From: a virus
Virus record (IMG/VR): IMGVR_UViG_3300034683_000041
Span: 1 to 64,000 of that record
Length of the DNA stretch: 64,000 nt
Strand: one strand, 5' to 3'
In this document: positions 60,159 through 64,000 of the stretch, in pieces
Position numbering within the stretch: position 1 is the first letter of the stretch
Layout of the letters: each line of letters starts with the position of its first letter
Made by a program: the position numbers and the translations under genes
Notes under the pieces: generated by a model
What the model was told of the DNA's origin: nothing
The model's database searches: none
The model's input: only the letters and a program-made list of their open reading frames with translations

Positions 60159-61164
60159 CGGGAAGCTCCTCAACGTCTGAGTTTGAGGCGGTTTTTGGTT
60201 TACGCGAAATCGGAACAATGTCCCAATAAGGTCGCATAGATACGATCTTAACGTCTTCCGTTTCGTAGAGTGCCTGATGTTTGATTGTTCCTCCACGATC
60301 CACCCACGCTATAACTTTAACTTTAGAATCAACTTTTTTGACAAACTCTTTCATAGAAGGAGTATCGTATCCGTCAACAAGCGCACATCTAAAAGGAAGA
60401 AATTGTTCAGTATCAAAATGTGGGGCATTCAATTCTTCTGACCAAAATTCAGACAAATCTAGCTGTGTGTGATAGTAATTTGAGTTGAAATAAGCACAAG
60501 AGTTCCAATCTAATGTTTTAACTACATGAGGTTTGGACAAATATGCTGTTTCCCAATCTTTCATTATGCAGACAATTTCTTCTAACTCACAAAGCGCACG
60601 AACGTTATCTATACGTTTTCCGAATATAGTAGCATCAGAGAACGTTGGAGTAAACCAAATAGAATCTTTTTCAAATAGAAATCCGAATGGATTGTCCTCA
60701 GATTTGAGCACCTCAGTCAAATCTTCAGGATCTTCTCCATACGATTCTATTTCTTCTTTCTGAGCGATTATCTCGGACAGATTTGCCAATTTTCTATTGT
60801 GCGAATTGTCCACAACTACCGTAAGATCATCTTGGTTGTTCGAATTGAATGCAGAGCACAACATGTTGACTCTAACTACGTATGGCTCGTAATCATGAAA
60901 TTTCAAAAACTCTTTTAATTGTAATAAAAATTCTGGATTTTTAAATCTGACGATATGGACTGATAGAGTTGTGGGGACAAACGAAGTCAAAAGTTCGTAG
61001 TCCCCATTGGTTAACACAAACCCATCTTCCAGTCCGGACAATCCAAAATAAAGATAGTTAGCTCCTCGCGCACTAAGAGAAGAAAAGTACAACTTAAATT
61101 GCGAGATAAACTTTTTTAACTTTGGATCTTTTGTTTTCAAACTTGGGGATTTGGGTTTTGTCAT
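60148..61164 (-). CDS. hypothetical protein
   Basis: 338-aa ORF in operon. Confidence 0.75.
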   Translation of the reverse strand: MTKPKSPSLKTKDPKLKKFISQFKLYFSSLSARGANYLYFGLSGLEDGFVLTNGDYELLTSFVPTTLSVHIVRFKNPEFLLQLKEFLKFHDYEPYVVRVNMLCSAFNSNNQDDLTVVVDNSHNRKLANLSEIIAQKEEIESYGEDPEDLTEVLKSEDNPFGFLFEKDSIWFTPTFSDATIFGKRIDNVRALCELEEIVCIMKDWETAYLSKPHVVKTLDWNSCAYFNSNYYHTQLDLSEFWSEELNAPHFDTEQFLPFRCALVDGYDTPSMKEFVKKVDSKVKVIAWVDRGGTIKHQALYETEDVKIVSMRPYWDIVPISRKPKTASNSDVEELPDAY

Positions 61165-61175
61165 ACTACTTAAAG

Positions 61176-61934
61176 TTACTCCGAAAGTTGAGCTGTGTCT
61201 ATGATGGGTATAACATCATTTTCATTATGTGTATACTCAGGGATATCTGAAGGGGCATCTTCATTATCTGTGTCTTTTGCACTGAGTATTTCCATATATG
61301 TATTCATGATTTCCAGGAGAGTTGTAAAATTCTCATGTCGATTTTTGATTCGTTCCAAGAAAGGAAGAACTAAAGTTATACTTTCTGCCACATTCTGACG
61401 AATATTGGCCATTTTTTCTTGAGTCGATATAAGGAACTTGACTACCTCTTCAGTCACAAATTCCATAATGACTTGATAATCCTTGCTTTTCCATATTTTA
61501 TTTTTCTTTACCAAAAGCTCTTTGTAGTTTTTGACGATTGCTACATGATCATCGAATACTTCTTTTACCAGAGAAGATGTTTTGTCAAAAGTATCTTTGT
61601 CCATAGCAACAATATCTTTGTCATTAGTCATATCCAAGATAATTGCTCCAGGGACGTACTTCCCATCTACAAAATTCCCTTCGTGTCGGTACACATTAGT
61701 GCGTGCTGTGATGGCAAACGACCCAACATATTTCGCTATATGAGCTATTTGTTCTATACCTTCAAGTAAAGCTACCGCATCATGAAAACTTTTTTCAAGA
61801 TCAATTTTGACTTGTTTGACTGCAGAAGACATCTCTCTAGCAAAATCAATTTGCTTGACTCGACAAATTTTCTTCTTTTGTTCCCGAGACTTTCTTTTTT
61901 TCAGGGCATTGCGTTCTTTTTTCGTATTGGTCAT
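61176..61934 (-). CDS. hypothetical helical protein with basic N-terminus
   Basis: AAGGAG RBS. Confidence 0.75.
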   Translation of the reverse strand: MTNTKKERNALKKRKSREQKKKICRVKQIDFAREMSSAVKQVKIDLEKSFHDAVALLEGIEQIAHIAKYVGSFAITARTNVYRHEGNFVDGKYVPGAIILDMTNDKDIVAMDKDTFDKTSSLVKEVFDDHVAIVKNYKELLVKKNKIWKSKDYQVIMEFVTEEVVKFLISTQEKMANIRQNVAESITLVLPFLERIKNRHENFTTLLEIMNTYMEILSAKDTDNEDAPSDIPEYTHNENDVIPIIDTAQLSE

Positions 61935-62004
61935 GTGTATTCTCCTTGATATGTAAGTAAAATAGTGTTACGCATGTAATGAGTTATACAATTAGAAAAC
62001 TAAC

Positions 62005-62033
62005 AGAGTACTCGCACCATGCGCGAGTACTCT
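62005..62033. terminator. 11-bp hairpin
   Basis: agagtactcgc/gcgagtactct. Confidence 0.6.
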
Positions 62034-62043
62034 TAAACTAGGT

Positions 62044-62523
62044 TTATTCAACAGGAAGATTCAATTCTACAAAATACAGCCAGAATAAAGCCCGAGCAAC
62101 TTTTGTCTCGTGGGCGTTACGAGAGGTATCCTGAGATTCAGTCTCAGGTTTATCTTTTGCTAAAGTACTCAGTCCGATAGGAAGTTCATCATATTCCTGG
62201 AGCTGAGACATGAAATAACAAAATCTCTGTTCTTCTTTAGTCATGGAGGAACATCTGACAATGTACGCATCACATATTGCGAGAAGTTGAGGTGCTTTCG
62301 CTGCAGCGATTCTGTCTTTGTCTACTTGTTCTTCAACGATACTCGTACAATGTTGCAAAAGATCTTTTCTTGTTTGATTAGTGATGTTGCGATGAATGTA
62401 CTCTTTAAGATAGGATAAGATAACGCTACACCTCATCTGGTATTCTGTTTTCAAAGAGAAATTGTTGCGTATAGTGAGCGCTTCTTTTGTGGCATCCTCT
62501 GTGGAAAAATTCATATCTGACAT
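62044..62523 (-). CDS. hypothetical protein
   Basis: AGGAG RBS; ATGGTATG at 62573-62580 (minus). Confidence 0.7.
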   Translation of the reverse strand: MSDMNFSTEDATKEALTIRNNFSLKTEYQMRCSVILSYLKEYIHRNITNQTRKDLLQHCTSIVEEQVDKDRIAAAKAPQLLAICDAYIVRCSSMTKEEQRFCYFMSQLQEYDELPIGLSTLAKDKPETESQDTSRNAHETKVARALFWLYFVELNLPVE

Positions 62524-62593
62524 AACAAATACTCCTGTGTTTTTAAACAGTGTTTAGTAGTAGTATGACCATCATACCATAGGAGAACTTATC

Positions 62594-64000
62594 ATGGAAC
62601 CGACTGTCGAAAAAGGTGTCTATCGCCCAAAATTGTTAACTAAATATATCGACAACCAAGTAAAATATCTTAAGACACTACATCCTAACGCTCCGTATGA
62701 AAAAGTACGGGAATTAGTAGTGACTGAAGTTAAACAAAAATTGAAAAGACCTAAAGCTACTATCATACATCATCCTTCTCCAGGCAACTCAGAACTCAAA
62801 AAAGTGGATCTACTCACACACATACAAGAACATTCTCACAGGATCATCACTCCAAGTGGAACCATATTCTACTCTACAGATGAGAAACATGCCTTCGACA
62901 AACAATTCATCGATAACTTACGAGAAGGTAGAAATAAAGCTAAAAAGGCCATGCTCAAATATAAGAGTGAAGGAGATCTTATTCGCGCAGGTAGTAAGAA
63001 CAACGAACAAGCAACTAAGAAGATACGAGTCAACTCTATCATAGGAAGTAACGGTAACGACCAAAACGCTATGTATGACCAAGAAGCGTTTTGTGGAGTT
63101 ACATCTTTAGCTCGACACGGCATCATCTCAGCATATGCATTCACAGAGAGATTTCTTACTTCTAATTTTTACTTCCCAGATTTTGAATCTGTTATAAACT
63201 GCATCGTCACAAGTGCATCTCATTGTCCTTCGGAAAAAACAATCATGTCACTCGTTAAAAAATACAATCTCTCTATTCCGTTACCTTGTGATGTAGCAGA
63301 GATATTCGTCAATTGTTTGCACATGTATGTTCCGTATTCTCCGAAACACGAAAGACACATATCTACGATGATAGAAAATCTTTCGCTGCATGAGAGAATT
63401 TTTATATTTTATTCAAGAAATCTCTACAACTTATTTACTAATAATGATTCATTTTGGAAATCGTGGATGAAAGATTTCTTCAATACAGGAAGTACCATTT
63501 CAGAAGAAGACCTATCTTCGTGTACAGCAGATGACCTTTGGACTATTGACAAAGATCTTTTGCAAGTTATAGCTACTCTGGAAAAAGATAAACTTGCGGG
63601 TATGCAGATAACAGATACTCCAAGTAAATCTCCGGAAATAGCAAAATATCTTGCAGCGATAGGAAAACGATTACAATCCAAATTGGACGATATATCTGAT
63701 CTTATTGATGTATTCTTGCACAGTGAAACATTTATGTCCAATATTCATTACCAGCGATCTATTGTGCGAAAATGCGTAGCTATTTCAGATACAGACTCGG
63801 TTATATTCACCACGTATCATCTTCTTAAATGGTACCTTAATGGAACATTTAAATTTGTTACGGAAACCTATCACGCAAACGCACTTATCGTGTATCTTAT
63901 CACAAAATCGATCGGTTCTTTCATCAGGAAGATGAGTATCTCTAGAGGAGCTACTGGAGATAACATAGATGTGATTGAAATGAAGAACGAGTACATGTAT
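62594..64000 (+). CDS. family B DNA polymerase, polymerase domain (phiKZ gp50-like), truncated by window end
   Basis: manual translation: ITPSG, Q..KKIRVNSIIG (motif B), TSLAR, VAISDTDSVIFT (motif C); absent from ORF track. Confidence 0.88.
   Translation, partial: MEPTVEKGVYRPKLLTKYIDNQVKYLKTLHPNAPYEKVRELVVTEVKQKLKRPKATIIHHPSPGNSELKKVDLLTHIQEHSHRIITPSGTIFYSTDEKHAFDKQFIDNLREGRNKAKKAMLKYKSEGDLIRAGSKNNEQATKKIRVNSIIGSNGNDQNAMYDQEAFCGVTSLARHGIISAYAFTERFLTSNFYFPDFESVINCIVTSASHCPSEKTIMSLVKKYNLSIPLPCDVAEIFVNCLHMYVPYSPKHERHISTMIENLSLHERIFIFYSRNLYNLFTNNDSFWKSWMKDFFNTGSTISEEDLSSCTADDLWTIDKDLLQVIATLEKDKLAGMQITDTPSKSPEIAKYLAAIGKRLQSKLDDISDLIDVFLHSETFMSNIHYQRSIVRKCVAISDTDSVIFTTYHLLKWYLNGTFKFVTETYHANALIVYLITKSIGSFIRKMSISRGATGDNIDVIEMKNEYMY

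Noticed and set aside
60159-60296. N-terminal extension of the 743-aa ORF
   Set aside because: Overlaps the upstream gene; the RBS supports a start at 60158.
62856-63741. Small ORFs listed near the window end
   Set aside because: They overlap the unlisted DNA polymerase ORF.

Overview
A 64 kb AT-rich segment of a phiKZ-like jumbo phage genome in the standard genetic code. Family and phiKZ gp assignments come from motif recall and synteny, not database searches. Core genes: two subunits of the split virion RNA polymerase (beta'-like with DYDGD, and a 1508-aa beta-like), a tape-measure/tail lysin with a VgrG3-like muramidase, baseplate and tail proteins, a cluster of paralogous internal head proteins, a divergent GroEL-like chaperonin and the 5' part of a family B DNA polymerase. 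Accessory genes: NrdG, a SAR-type lysozyme, a DUF285/BspA repeat protein, an orphan HigA, tRNA-Leu(UAA), a thrombospondin-repeat protein, and NlpC/P60-like and ART-like proteins. Two promoter motifs are readable: early TATATTAC (almost always just downstream of a long hairpin) and late ATNNTATG. Most notable observations: a 5'-deleted purZ remnant (2-aminoadenine DNA pathway), an early-promoter small RNA candidate with two tandem H-type pseudoknots, a G-run-rich non-coding locus, and a probable -1 frameshift at G-TTT-TTT.
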